This document shows, piece by piece, positions 1 to 9,545 of a DNA stretch of 64,000 nucleotides. The stretch lies in assembly GCA_045531265.1 (NCBI GenBank), contig JAZSDP010000078.1, forward strand, positions 27,610 to 91,609, given 5' to 3'. A program made the position numbers and the translations under genes. This DNA is from Acutalibacteraceae bacterium. Its GTDB lineage: Bacteria > Bacillota > Clostridia > Oscillospirales > Acutalibacteraceae. The notes below the pieces were generated by a model that was given only the letters and a program-made list of their open reading frames with translations, did not search any database and was not told the DNA's origin. Every line of letters begins with the position of its first letter. Positions within the stretch are counted from its first letter, which is position 1.

Positions 1-928
1 TTTTATCAATTTCAAGAAGGTAGGAAAGTCTCTCTTCAAGGGTATGCCCCTTGATTCTCATAATTTCGTATGTGAAGAAGTCAATGAAAAGGTCGGAATA
101 CTTTCTGTCTCCCTTTTCGTCTGTTTCTTCTCTGAGTGCATCAAGCTGTGAGATTACCTCCGTATGGTCAAAATCCTCACCTGAAAAAGCGGGGGAGACA
201 ATTTCGGATACCGCATAGTAGGTAGCAGTGTTAAGCTCGGTTTCTTCAACAATTTTCTTGTACTTATAATTCCAGGGCATTTTAAGGTCAGTTTCGGAAT
301 AATACTGCTCTATAAGCTTAACTGCATCGGACATATATCCCGTTGCGGTGTAGTCCTCAACAAGGTTTTTTACCGCCTTCATTGAAACATTATCCCCTTC
401 AAGTGATGAAAGGTAGTAATAGTAATTCTGAATTGCGGACATACGCTTACCCTCGTTGTGACTTGCATAGCCTTCAAGAAGGTACATATTACCGTCCACG
501 GCAGTGATTGATGTGAAAGCCGTTGCAATGAAAACTGCAATCATAAGAATGAACATAAATATGCCGCTTTTTCTTACGGGGTAGCGCTTCATAAAGCTAC
601 GGCAGGATTCACAGTATGCATAATCCTCACCGAATTCGGTAGCCTTGGGCTTTTCGCCGCAGCATTCACACATATCGTGCTTTTCATCCTCATATTCGTC
701 AGATTCCTCTTCAAAGTCTGAAAGCTCCTGAATTAGTTCACCCTGTTCTGCTCTTTGTGTAGCTTCGTCAAGCTCCTTCTGGAACATATCCTTAAGCTCC
801 TCAAGCTCCTCGTAAAGCTCCTTTTCAGCCTGAGCTTCAGTATCTTCGGCTGTTTCTTCTGCGTTTGTTTCGGCAGAAGAAATATTTTCATCTGTTACCT
901 CTTCGGGCAAAAGTTCTTTTTCGTCCAA
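1..928 (-). CDS. hypothetical membrane protein with an acidic N-terminus, a CxxC..CxxC zinc-ribbon-like motif and one TM helix; the 3' end runs off the window
   Basis: The minus-strand frame stays open to the window edge, and it is absent from the ORF track because no stop is seen. A TTG start at 926-928 lies 8 nt downstream of GGAGG (revcomp of 937-941). The translation contains DMCECCGEKPKATEFGEDYAYCESCRSF followed by the hydrophobic stretch GIFMFILMIAVFIATAF. Confidence 0.6.
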   Translation of the reverse strand, partial: MDEKELLPEEVTDENISSAETNAEETAEDTEAQAEKELYEELEELKDMFQKELDEATQRAEQGELIQELSDFEEESDEYEDEKHDMCECCGEKPKATEFGEDYAYCESCRSFMKRYPVRKSGIFMFILMIAVFIATAFTSITAVDGNMYLLEGYASHNEGKRMSAIQNYYYYLSSLEGDNVSMKAVKNLVEDYTATGYMSDAVKLIEQYYSETDLKMPWNYKYKKIVEETELNTATYYAVSEIVSPAFSGEDFDHTEVISQLDALREETDEKGDRKYSDLFIDFFTYEIMRIKGHTLEERLSYLLEIDK

Positions 929-1040
929 AGTTAACGCCTCCTTTTTAAGGTTAATAAACCTATTCTATCACTGTTTTATATAAAATGCAATAATTAATTG
1001 TAAGGCAGTAAGCTTTGACGGACCTTAAATCAGCAGTAAG

Positions 1041-1074
1041 CAAAAAAACTCTCCGCCCAACGGAGAGTTTTTTG
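1041..1074 (-). terminator. rho-independent terminator, bidirectional in shape, downstream of the 1081-2697 gene
   Basis: A 10-bp perfect stem (aaactctccg / cggagagttt, 1046-1070) with a 5-nt loop is flanked by an A-run and a T-run. Confidence 0.8.
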
Positions 1075-1080
1075 ATAACA

Positions 1081-2697
1081 TTATTCAATTTCAAGCATCA
1101 TTGTGTTGAATTCAGCAACGATTCTTGAAGCAGTGTTTTCACCGAGTGAAACAAATTCAAGGCTCTTGCTGTCTTCGTGAATCATGGGCATATAATCGTT
1201 ATCGGGAACGATGTAGCCGATCTGGTCATTTGCAAGGCCGATAACCTGAAGCTCTCTGTCGCCCTGGGTTTCAGTTACTATATCCTGAAGTGAAGGATAG
1301 TTGAAGTCCTTACCTGACCATGCGAATTCACCCTTGAGTGTACCGCCGTAAACAAGCTCTGCACCGATTTCACCGGGGATTACGGCAAATGCAAGGTCAT
1401 CACCGAGCTCCATATAACCGATTTCAGTAACAACGCTGTAAACACCGTCAACATTCTTTACGCAGTTTTCAAAAAGACCTGCCTTGCCTGCAACAACAAG
1501 TACCTGGTTATCAATGGGAAGAGAGATTTCCTTATAACGGATGTTAAGAAGAGGTGAAACCTTTGTTTCTTCTTCTATAGCTGCAAGGTCCCTTGCAATT
1601 GACTTACCGAAGCCGATTGTGTTTTCAATGCCCTCCTGTACTTCTGTGTAGCCGATAACTGTATCTTCGTTATGGTTCTGGGTTGTACCCATTTCTGCGC
1701 CGAGGTAGAACATTACATTTGCTTCGTTCTGAAGAGCTTCTTCAACATAGTAGGGATAGTCGCCTGTGATTTCCGTTCCGCCTGCACCGTTACCTACGCA
1801 GTGAGCGGGTGTGGATACAAGCCAGGTTTCCTTACTGCCGTCAGCGGGAACAAAGCGGAGTCTGTTGAAGCTGTCGTCAAGAACATAGGGCTGACGCTTA
1901 TCTTTGGTGTACTTTGAAGCATCTGTAGCGCCAAGGTAAAGGTCGCCTTCTGTCATACCGTCAAAAGCAGCCATAACAGAGTCAGTACACTGTGTGAAAA
2001 GGTTTTCCATATATTCGGCATTCTTACCGTTTATGGGTTCCCAGTTCATCATTGTGAAGAAGGGATTCATAAGCACCATTTCAACAATATTGCCGTTCAT
2101 ACCGAAGGTGTCAATTGCACTGTGCTGATGAAGCACGGAAACGGTAATTGAATTTATACCCTTTTCCTCAGCCCAGGCGGAAAGTCTTGTTCTGATTTCA
2201 CGAACATCGGAAAGAGCAATGCCGTAGCAGTCAATAACCGTGAACACTGCTGAGCCTCTGCCTGTGCCGTCGTTAAGAACAACAGTTCTTACCTTAAGGT
2301 CATCATATACCTTTGTTGCATACTTGGGAGCAAAATCAATTGAGCCTGCAACATAGTACTTGCCTATAACATCCTCCTTGTTTTCGGGAAGAAGGGATCT
2401 TGAATCGTAGCCTAAAAGCCATTTGTCGGCTGTGGCCTCATTGAGGAATTCCTCGGTGCCTGCCATAAAGCCGGTAACTTCTTCATCACTGTCCCAGCTT
2501 TCGGGGGTGGGGATGAAATGAGCAATTGCCTTTATAAGGGTGCTCATAAGGTCGTCAACAATGTTGAAGAACATTTTTTCAACTGCTGAAAACGAGGTGT
2601 AGCTTTCTGTGTTTGTTTCAACACCCACTGCAACTGATGAAAATGCAAGGGTGAAGCAGAGACAGACAGCTATTACTGCAGAAAAAATCTTTTTCAT
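1081..2697 (-). CDS. secreted hypothetical hydrolase, tentatively neutral-ceramidase-like
   Basis: The long ORF has a preferred start at MKKIFSAVIAVCLCFTLAFSSVAVG (signal peptide, ATG at 2695-2697) with GGAG upstream. Its layout (LLGY..., VRTVVLNDGTGRGSAVFTVIDCYG, ITVSVLHQHSAIDTFG) resembles the N-terminal domain of neutral/alkaline ceramidase-type hydrolases. The functional call is weak. Confidence 0.85.
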   Translation of the reverse strand: MKKIFSAVIAVCLCFTLAFSSVAVGVETNTESYTSFSAVEKMFFNIVDDLMSTLIKAIAHFIPTPESWDSDEEVTGFMAGTEEFLNEATADKWLLGYDSRSLLPENKEDVIGKYYVAGSIDFAPKYATKVYDDLKVRTVVLNDGTGRGSAVFTVIDCYGIALSDVREIRTRLSAWAEEKGINSITVSVLHQHSAIDTFGMNGNIVEMVLMNPFFTMMNWEPINGKNAEYMENLFTQCTDSVMAAFDGMTEGDLYLGATDASKYTKDKRQPYVLDDSFNRLRFVPADGSKETWLVSTPAHCVGNGAGGTEITGDYPYYVEEALQNEANVMFYLGAEMGTTQNHNEDTVIGYTEVQEGIENTIGFGKSIARDLAAIEEETKVSPLLNIRYKEISLPIDNQVLVVAGKAGLFENCVKNVDGVYSVVTEIGYMELGDDLAFAVIPGEIGAELVYGGTLKGEFAWSGKDFNYPSLQDIVTETQGDRELQVIGLANDQIGYIVPDNDYMPMIHEDSKSLEFVSLGENTASRIVAEFNTMMLEIE

Positions 2698-2902
2698 ATT
2701 AATCATTCTCCGTTCCGCCGCAAAAATATATAGCGGCAATTTTACAGGATAATATTACCACAATAAAAATTGTAGGTCAAGTTTTATATAACATTTATAT
2801 ATAGAAAAGAAAGAAAAATAATATTTTTTCTTAATAACGCTCTACTTATTGCATAATTTAATAAAGGCAGTAATGTACACTTTGCCGAATTTATTAATTC
2901 TC

Positions 2903-2931
2903 TTGCTTTTTTTGGCTTTAAAAGCTATAAT
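2903..2931 (+). promoter_or_regulatory. sigma-A-type promoter candidate for the MFS transporter gene
   Basis: TTGCTT (2903-2908), a 17-nt spacer and TATAAT (2926-2931) lie about 70 nt upstream of the start codon. Confidence 0.5.
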
Positions 2932-3001
2932 TTATGGGATGGTAAAATTTGCACAATTGTCTTTACCACAATTTAAACTGTAAAAAGAAAGGAGTTTTGA
3001 C

Positions 3002-4873
3002 ATGGCAAAGCAGCAGACAGAAAAGCTTAATGTCAAAAAGACCATATTAACCGGCTTCGGTTTTTTGGCAACTTCAATAGCATGGGCAATTTATGACCCC
3101 TACATCACAAAAATTCTTAACAAAATTCTTTCCGAAAGTGAGCTTGTTACAAACCTGAGTGCTTCACTTGCAAAGGCAATCCCCTGGATCGGCGACTTTG
3201 CAGAGGCTCAGGGTCAGAGTACAATTTCAGCTACGGGCGGTTTTTCACTGGTACCCCTTTTCATCGGTATCATTATGACCTTTGATAACATCTTCGGTGT
3301 TATTTTTCAGCCCACCTTCGGTAAGCTTTCCGATAACTGCCATTCAAAATTAGGTAAGCGCCGTCCCTTCATTGTAAGCTGTGCACCCATTTCAGCACTT
3401 CTTTTTACACTTATCCCCATTGTTGCGCTGAACACTCAGGGCAGCCTTCAGCTTCCCCTTACAATGATTACGGTTATCCTTTTTGTTTTCTCAATGTCAC
3501 TTTGGAGAGCACCCGTTGTTGCTCTTATGCCCGACCTTACTCCTCCCCATCTTCGCTCAGAGGGTAACGCCATTATCAACCTTATGGGCGGTATCGGCTC
3601 GGCAGTAGGTATGGTTGCAGGTACAATAGGTATTGCTCTTTGCACCCTTTTTGCAGGCTACAGCAAGGCAGAAATCAAGGCAGACGAAACCGTTTCCTTC
3701 CCCTATGTTTTCATCGTAGGCTCCCTTGTTATGATCATCGGTATGCTCGTTCTTCTCTTCTTTGTTAAGGAAGAGGATACCAGCATCCGTATTAAGGGTG
3801 ACGCAAATCAGTATGCTGACCAGAAGGCTCTTAAAAAGGCTCAGAAGGAAGAAGCAAAGAGAAAGAAGGCAGAGCTTAAGGCTATGAAGCTCACAAAGGG
3901 CGAAAGAAAGAGCCTTGCATTTATGCTCGGTACACTTTTCTTCCTCTTCTGCGCATCAAACGCTATTACCACCTTCTTCTCACTCTTCGCTCAGGAAATC
4001 CTTCATATGATCACCTCCGAGGCTACCTTCATTATGCTCATCTTTGCAGTATGCTCAGGTGCAGCAGCTATCCCTGCAGGTAAGTTCGGTTCAAAGTTCG
4101 GCAGAAAGAAGACAATCATTGCAGGTCTTGCAGTATTCCTTGTTGCATTCATTGTATTCTTCGGTGTATTCGTAGGTATGCTCGGAGGCAAGAATCTTTC
4201 AATCAATGATTACATTTCAGTCAACAATGCTTATATTGCTATTGACGAAAATATCAACACATATAATGCAGGTCTCAGCACACAGGCTCAACTTGAAAAC
4301 GAGACTCTTGACGAAAAAGAAGTTCTTACAATTGAAGGTTACCTTGCTTATAAGAACGGAAACGCCCTTGAAGGTACAGAGAGATATTATGAAGTATATG
4401 ATGCACACCTTACAGAAACTCTCGGTGAAGGCATTTACGATGAGGTTACAAATGTTGCCGCAACGGTACTTGAGGTTGAAGGCGGCAGCTTTGAAAATGC
4501 CCTCGCAGCAATTGTTGACACAGTTAACAGCGTAACAAAGATTCTCCGTGTTCTCATTTATCCCGTTCTTATTCTCGGCGGTGCCGCAAATATGTTCATC
4601 ACCGTTAATACTCTTCCCCTTGTGCTTGAAATCGGCGGCGTTGAAAAGGTTGGTACCTTCACCGGTTACTATTACACAGCTACCTTCTCAGCACAGATTG
4701 CTTCTCCCATCGTTTACGGCTTTATCAGAATGTTCGCAGGCACATATATGTCACTGTTCTATTACAGCCCGATAATGTTCGCTCTGGCTATTATTCTTAT
4801 AATGTTCGTTAAGCACGGCGAGGCAGTACCCCAGGAAATCATAGACAAAATTGAAGAAGAAAACGCAGACTGA
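3002..4873 (+). CDS. MFS transporter, SLC45/GPH (glycoside-type) family, with a large extra-membrane insertion
   Basis: The 623-aa ORF has a GGAG RBS and multiple hydrophobic helices. The KLGKRRPFI motif after TM2 is typical of GPH/SLC45 sugar transporters. It sits directly upstream of glgP. Confidence 0.85.
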   Translation: MAKQQTEKLNVKKTILTGFGFLATSIAWAIYDPYITKILNKILSESELVTNLSASLAKAIPWIGDFAEAQGQSTISATGGFSLVPLFIGIIMTFDNIFGVIFQPTFGKLSDNCHSKLGKRRPFIVSCAPISALLFTLIPIVALNTQGSLQLPLTMITVILFVFSMSLWRAPVVALMPDLTPPHLRSEGNAIINLMGGIGSAVGMVAGTIGIALCTLFAGYSKAEIKADETVSFPYVFIVGSLVMIIGMLVLLFFVKEEDTSIRIKGDANQYADQKALKKAQKEEAKRKKAELKAMKLTKGERKSLAFMLGTLFFLFCASNAITTFFSLFAQEILHMITSEATFIMLIFAVCSGAAAIPAGKFGSKFGRKKTIIAGLAVFLVAFIVFFGVFVGMLGGKNLSINDYISVNNAYIAIDENINTYNAGLSTQAQLENETLDEKEVLTIEGYLAYKNGNALEGTERYYEVYDAHLTETLGEGIYDEVTNVAATVLEVEGGSFENALAAIVDTVNSVTKILRVLIYPVLILGGAANMFITVNTLPLVLEIGGVEKVGTFTGYYYTATFSAQIASPIVYGFIRMFAGTYMSLFYYSPIMFALAIILIMFVKHGEAVPQEIIDKIEEENAD

Positions 4874-4875
4874 TA

Positions 4876-4906
4876 AAAAGCTCTCCGCACAGCGGGGAGC
4901 TTTTTT
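4876..4906 (+). terminator. rho-independent terminator after the MFS gene
   Basis: The stem gctctccgc / gcggggagc (9 bp with one G-U pair) has an aca loop and is followed by TTTTTT (4901-4906). Confidence 0.8.
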
Positions 4907-5010
4907 AGTAGTGAGTAGCAAGTAGTAAGTAGTAAGGATTCTCTCCGTGAGGGGAAAAAAGCCTATGCCCGAAGGGCATCCTTAACACTTACTGCTTACT
5001 ACTTTTTACT
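4906..5010. repeat. imperfect ~105-bp palindromic intergenic element with GTAGTAAG-rich arms
   Basis: The left arm agtagtgagtagcaagtagtaagtagtaagg (4906-4936) is roughly the reverse complement of the right arm cttaacacttactgcttactactttttact (4980-5009). An inner perfect hairpin atgccc-gaa-gggcat is present. One arm recurs at 57541-57570. Confidence 0.6.
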
Positions 5011-5061
5011 TTGAATCCCGAATATATTTTAATAATACACGCATATTTTTCTTTATTACTG

Positions 5062-5090
5062 TTGATTTTTCTTCAATTTTAGTATAAAAT
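5062..5090 (+). promoter_or_regulatory. sigma-A-type promoter candidate for glgP
   Basis: The candidate consists of TTGATT (5062-5067), a 17-nt spacer and TAAAAT (5085-5090). Confidence 0.4.
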
Positions 5091-5145
5091 AACCATAACA
5101 ACATCTAAAATCAGCTATTTATATAGATTCATTTGGAGGTTTTGT

Positions 5146-7551
5146 ATGAATTATTCACTTACAAAGAAACAAGCAAAAGAGCTTGTAACTGCCAAGCTCT
5201 CCCATTATTTCGGTGTAAATCCCGAGGAAGCTACCGACGAGCAGTATTACAAGGCAGTGGCACTCATTGTCCGCGAGCTTATGCATGAGGGGCTCCGTGA
5301 GTTCCGTAAGGAAAAGGGCAATGAAGAGCAGAAGAAGGTCTATTACCTTTCAATGGAATTTCTTATGGGCCGTTCTCTTAAGAACAACCTTTATAACCTT
5401 AACCTTACAAAGGTGTTTACCGATGCCCTTAAGGATATGGGCATTAAAATCGATAAGCTTTATGATTGCGAGCCCGATGCAGGCCTCGGTAACGGCGGTC
5501 TTGGAAGACTTGCAGCCTGCTACCTTGACGGCCTTGCAACTCAGGGCTACTACGGTATGGGCTACAGCATCCTTTATGAGTGCGGCATCTTCAAGCAGAA
5601 GCTTGTTGACGGCTGGCAGACCGAGCTGCCCGACTTCTGGCTTCCCGGCGGTGAGGTATGGCTCAAGGCAAGAGAAAAGGACACCGTTGAGGTTAAATTC
5701 GGCGGTGAAATTGTTGATATATGGGATACCCACTATCACAGCGTTGAGCACGTCAATGCACAGACTATTGTTGCCGTACCATATGATATGTATGTAAGCG
5801 GTAAGGACGGAAAGGGCATTTCAATCCTCCGTCTGTGGAAGAGTGAGGCTCCCTCACTTGATATGCGCCTTTTTGACCAGGGTCAGTATATGAAGGCTAT
5901 GGAGCAGCAGGCAATGGCTGAGGTTATCAGCAAGATTCTTTATCCTTCGGATAACCACTATGAAGGTAAGAGCCTTCGCTTAAAGCAGCAGTATTTCCTC
6001 GTTTCCGCTTCCGTTCAGGATATGGTCACAAGACATCTCAGACACTTCGGCTCAATGGACAGCTTCCACGAAAAGAATGCCGTTCATATCAATGACACTC
6101 ATCCCACCCTTGCAATTCCCGAGCTTATGCGTATTCTTCTTGACGAATGCGGCTATGGCTGGGACGATGCATGGAGCATTGTTACAAAAGCAACTGCTTA
6201 CACAAACCACACGGTTATGAAGGAAGCCCTTGAATGCTGGCCTGAGGACCTTTTCAGAACTCTCCTTCCCCGTATTTATCAGATTGTTAAGGAAATCGAC
6301 AACCGCTACCGTGCACACATCTGGGAAATGACCCACGATGCAGGCAAGGTTGAAGCAATGGCAGTTACATCAAACGGTGTTATCAGAATGGCAAACCTTT
6401 GCGTTGCCGCCTGCCACAGCGTAAACGGTGTTTCCGCCCTTCACAGCCAGATTCTTAAGGATACAATCTTCAACGATTACTATAATCTTACTCCCGACAA
6501 GTTCAAGAATGTTACAAACGGTATCGCTCACAGACGATGGCTCTGTCAGGCCAACCCTGAGCTTACCTCCTATATTACCGAGCTTATCGGTGACGGCTTC
6601 GTTTACGATGCAGACGAGCTTTTAAAGCTTAAAAAGTTTGCCGACGATAAGAAGGTACTTAATAAGCTTGAAAAGATTAAGCTTTCCAACAAAAAGAGAC
6701 TTGCAGCCCTTGTTAAGAAAAAGACGGGTATCGTTCTTGACCCCAACTCAATTTTTGATGTTCAGGTAAAGAGACTCCACGAGTACAAGCGTCAGCACCT
6801 CAATGCACTTCAGATAATTGCAAGATACCTTGAAATCAAAGAAAATCCCGACGGTGAATATGTTCCTCACACCTACATTTTCGGTGCAAAGGCAGCTTCA
6901 GGCTACTTTGTTGCAAAGAAGATTATTGAAATGATCTGTGCCCTCGCTGACCTTGTAAACAATGACCCGGATATGAGAGGAAGACTCAAGGTTGTTTATC
7001 TTGAGGACTACAACGTTTCAATGGCTGAGGTGCTTATGCCCGCCGCCGATATCAGTGAGCAGATTTCCCTTGCAGGTACGGAAGCCAGCGGTACGGGTAA
7101 TATGAAGTTTATGATTAACGGTGCACTTACCCTCGGTACCCTTGACGGTGCAAATGTTGAGATTAACGAGGCTGTGGGAAATGACAATATGTTCCTTTTC
7201 GGTATGACAACTCCCGAGGTCAATGACCTTAAAAAGAGAGGCTATCAGCCCATTAACTATTTCAACAACAATGCAGAGCTTCGCAAGGTTATTGAATTCA
7301 TTCAGGCAGGCTTCGGCGGTAAGCAGTTCCCCGAAATCGGCAACACAATCATTCACCACGACCCCTATATGGTTCTTGCTGACTTTGTTTCTTACAGAAA
7401 AGCTCAGAAGTATATTGACGAAGTGTGGGCAGACAGAACACGCTGGAACAAGATGAGCCTTATGAACATTGCAGGAGCAGGCCGCTTTGCCGCAGACCGT
7501 GCAATCAACGACTACGCAAGAGACATCTGGCATACAGGTACAATAAGATAA
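5146..7551 (+). CDS. glgP: glycogen/maltodextrin phosphorylase
   Basis: The 801-aa ORF has a GGAGG RBS. Hallmark GT35 motifs are present: EPDAGLGNGGLGRLAAC, NDTHP, YTNHTV and the PLP-lysine region GTEASGTGNMKFMINGA. Confidence 0.97.
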   Translation: MNYSLTKKQAKELVTAKLSHYFGVNPEEATDEQYYKAVALIVRELMHEGLREFRKEKGNEEQKKVYYLSMEFLMGRSLKNNLYNLNLTKVFTDALKDMGIKIDKLYDCEPDAGLGNGGLGRLAACYLDGLATQGYYGMGYSILYECGIFKQKLVDGWQTELPDFWLPGGEVWLKAREKDTVEVKFGGEIVDIWDTHYHSVEHVNAQTIVAVPYDMYVSGKDGKGISILRLWKSEAPSLDMRLFDQGQYMKAMEQQAMAEVISKILYPSDNHYEGKSLRLKQQYFLVSASVQDMVTRHLRHFGSMDSFHEKNAVHINDTHPTLAIPELMRILLDECGYGWDDAWSIVTKATAYTNHTVMKEALECWPEDLFRTLLPRIYQIVKEIDNRYRAHIWEMTHDAGKVEAMAVTSNGVIRMANLCVAACHSVNGVSALHSQILKDTIFNDYYNLTPDKFKNVTNGIAHRRWLCQANPELTSYITELIGDGFVYDADELLKLKKFADDKKVLNKLEKIKLSNKKRLAALVKKKTGIVLDPNSIFDVQVKRLHEYKRQHLNALQIIARYLEIKENPDGEYVPHTYIFGAKAASGYFVAKKIIEMICALADLVNNDPDMRGRLKVVYLEDYNVSMAEVLMPAADISEQISLAGTEASGTGNMKFMINGALTLGTLDGANVEINEAVGNDNMFLFGMTTPEVNDLKKRGYQPINYFNNNAELRKVIEFIQAGFGGKQFPEIGNTIIHHDPYMVLADFVSYRKAQKYIDEVWADRTRWNKMSLMNIAGAGRFAADRAINDYARDIWHTGTIR

Positions 7552-7586
7552 AAAAATCCCCGATGCAACCGCATCGGGGATTTTTT
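7552..7586 (+). terminator. rho-independent terminator after glgP
   Basis: A 10-bp stem (tccccgatgc / gcatcgggga) with an aacc loop is followed by TTTTTT. Confidence 0.85.
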
Positions 7587-7621
7587 CATTTTGCATTTAA
7601 AGGGGATAGGAAAAAAAGATG

Positions 7622-7716
7622 AAGAACGGACAAACTGAGCAAAATCAAGGCTTTAGCCTTGATTTTGTTTGCCCGAAGGCGTACGACGGTACGTCGAGTG
7701 GCGAAGTTTGTTCGTA
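7622..7716. repeat. structured intergenic repeat element with a 12-bp perfect hairpin and a TACGAACAA-type end
   Basis: A perfect hairpin caaaatcaaggc-ttta-gccttgattttg (7640-7667) sits between partially complementary ends gaacggacaaac / gtttgttcg. The end motif and overall layout resemble the element at 11401-11580. Confidence 0.5.
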
Positions 7717-7845
7717 GTATAAAACATTTAATTTTTAGTATTTATAGTTTTTTACTATTTTTATGGGGTTCTTACAGGCCTTCAAACCTGCAGAACCCCC
7801 TTATTTATATAGTTTTATACGGTCTTCGCTTTTTTTACAGCCCCT

Positions 7846-8592
7846 TTAACGGCTGTTAACCATTTCAGTATATATATCGCATATTTCGTCAACATCGCCT
7901 TCGGCTATAAGCTGACCTTTTGAAAGAATAATCGCCTTGTTACAGATTCGTTTTACCGTGTCGGCACTGTGGGAAACAAAAAGCACCGTAACGCCGTCCT
8001 TCATCATATCAAGAACTCTCTGCTCACTCTTTTCTCTGAAAGCGGCATCGCCTACGCTGAGCACCTCGTCAAGAATGAGGATGTCCGGCTTTACTGCTGT
8101 TGCAATGGAAAAACCGAGACGGCTTTTCATACCCGAGGAGTAGCTTTTTAAAGGTGCGTCAATGAATTCGCCAAGCTCGGAAAATTCAACAATTTCCTGA
8201 AACTTTTCGTCAATGAACTTTCTTGAAAAGCCCATTGTTGTGCCGTAAAGGTAAATATTCTCCGCACCTGAATAGTTCATATCAAAGCCAGCGCCCAGTT
8301 CAAGCATGGGGGCAATAACACCGCTTACCTTAACACTGCCCATTGTGGGCTTGAGCACGCCTGCAATGGTCTTTAAAAGGGTACTTTTACCTGCACCGTT
8401 AAAGCCTAAAACACCAACACGGTCGCCCTTTTCAATTTTGAAGGATATATCCCTGAGTGCCCAGAATTCAGTGTAGGTGAGCTTTCTTGTAAGAAGGCGC
8501 ACAAAATATTCCTTTGCATTGTCTACCCTTTCCTTGTTAAGGTGAAAGAGCATACTTACATTTTTTACTTCGATTGCATAGTTTTTTGCCAT
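7846..8592 (-). CDS. ABC transporter ATP-binding protein, polysaccharide/teichoic-acid exporter type (TagH/Wzt-like)
   Basis: The 248-aa ORF has a GGAGG RBS, Walker A GFNGAGKSTLLK, the ABC signature YSSGMKSRLGFS and Walker B ILILDEVLSVGD. It is paired with an ABC-2 permease. Confidence 0.93.
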   Translation of the reverse strand: MAKNYAIEVKNVSMLFHLNKERVDNAKEYFVRLLTRKLTYTEFWALRDISFKIEKGDRVGVLGFNGAGKSTLLKTIAGVLKPTMGSVKVSGVIAPMLELGAGFDMNYSGAENIYLYGTTMGFSRKFIDEKFQEIVEFSELGEFIDAPLKSYSSGMKSRLGFSIATAVKPDILILDEVLSVGDAAFREKSEQRVLDMMKDGVTVLFVSHSADTVKRICNKAIILSKGQLIAEGDVDEICDIYTEMVNSR

Positions 8593-8606
8593 TAAACCGC
8601 CTCCTT

Positions 8607-9443
8607 TTAAATATGCAGGATAAATTTATCCTGATTTTTATAGAACACGGCAAAACCGATTATAAAGGCGAATACTGCAACAGCACTTGTGTAAATAAGC
8701 TGATTTGTGCTGAAAAAGGATAGGAAATTATCCCCGTGAAGAACTGCCGCACGGAACATTTCAATAATTCCGTAAAGAGGATTGACCTTAAGCATTATTG
8801 ACTGCCAGGAGCCGGTCGCAAAGCCGAGTCGGTCAACGGTATAAACAATGGGAGTCAGATAGAAAAGAAGAAGAGTGAAAACATCGTAGAAGTTTTCAAT
8901 ATCTTTGAAGAACACGTTAAGCGTTCCGAGGAACATACCAACGCCCAGAGAAAAAACGAACAATATTATAATAGGAATAATTGCATAAAATATGTTGAAG
9001 GTAATGGGTACCGGGTCCTTGCCGATGATGTTGAAAAAGATAATAACAACGGCAAGCACGGAAAGGGATATAAGAAAGGTCACAAAGGTAGAAAGTGCCT
9101 GAGACAGAGGATAGATATATTTGGGCACATAAACCTTTTTGATTATGGAAGCGTTTGAGCGTATGGAGCGCATAGCCCTTTTTGTGCTTTGGGTAAAAAA
9201 TTCGTAAAGCAGTCTGCCCGAAAGAAGGTAAACGGAATAGTTTACCACCTTTGAGGAGTCCCTGCCGAAAAGGTTACTGAAAACGATTGAAAGCACAACC
9301 ATAGTAAGAAGGGGCTGCAGAAAGGTCCAGAACATACCCAGAACAGAGTTTCTGTACTGCAGCTTTATATTTTTAACTACCAGCTCTTTAAGAAGGTAAC
9401 GGTATTTCATAAAATTATTCTTATGCTTTGTGATTGATGACAA
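8607..9443 (-). CDS. ABC-2 type transporter permease (TagG/Wzm-like)
   Basis: The 278-aa ORF has a TTG start 7 nt after GGGAGG and six hydrophobic segments. The N-terminal LQYRNSVLGMFW motif is typical of ABC-2 polysaccharide exporter permeases. Confidence 0.88.
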   Translation of the reverse strand: MSSITKHKNNFMKYRYLLKELVVKNIKLQYRNSVLGMFWTFLQPLLTMVVLSIVFSNLFGRDSSKVVNYSVYLLSGRLLYEFFTQSTKRAMRSIRSNASIIKKVYVPKYIYPLSQALSTFVTFLISLSVLAVVIIFFNIIGKDPVPITFNIFYAIIPIIILFVFSLGVGMFLGTLNVFFKDIENFYDVFTLLLFYLTPIVYTVDRLGFATGSWQSIMLKVNPLYGIIEMFRAAVLHGDNFLSFFSTNQLIYTSAVAVFAFIIGFAVFYKNQDKFILHI

Positions 9444-9500
9444 ATAAATACCTCCCTTTATTTTGAATGCAAAATGCAGAATGCAAAGCCATCGTTATTG

Positions 9501-9529
9501 ATTATACCACATTAAAACCGCTTTTACAA
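9501..9529 (-). promoter_or_regulatory. sigma-A-type promoter candidate for the ABC-2 exporter operon
   Basis: On the minus strand the elements are TTGTAA (revcomp of 9524-9529), a 17-nt spacer and an extended -10 TGGTATAAT (TATAAT is the revcomp of 9501-9506). Confidence 0.5.
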
Positions 9530-9545
9530 TAGTTTTGCAAATGAC

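Noticed and set aside
1672-1917. Plus-strand 81-aa ORF inside the secreted hydrolase gene, and similar internal ORFs in glgP, glgB, glgC, glgA and the aaRS genes.
   Set aside because: These are shadow ORFs within well-supported genes and lack start signals.
7765-7800. A hairpin ggggttct...agaacccc considered as the terminator of the tagH-like gene.
   Set aside because: On the minus strand the stem is followed by an A-rich tract rather than a U-rich one. It may still be a structural element, but I could not support it as an intrinsic terminator.
7659-7859. A 66-aa ORF, and similar 60-124 aa ORFs in intergenic regions (10771-11001, 10947-11195, 11402-11629, 12278-12532, 12400-12774).
   Set aside because: They have no RBS and overlap repeat hairpins, terminators or the start of glgB. 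Their translations are low-complexity and have no recognisable domain.
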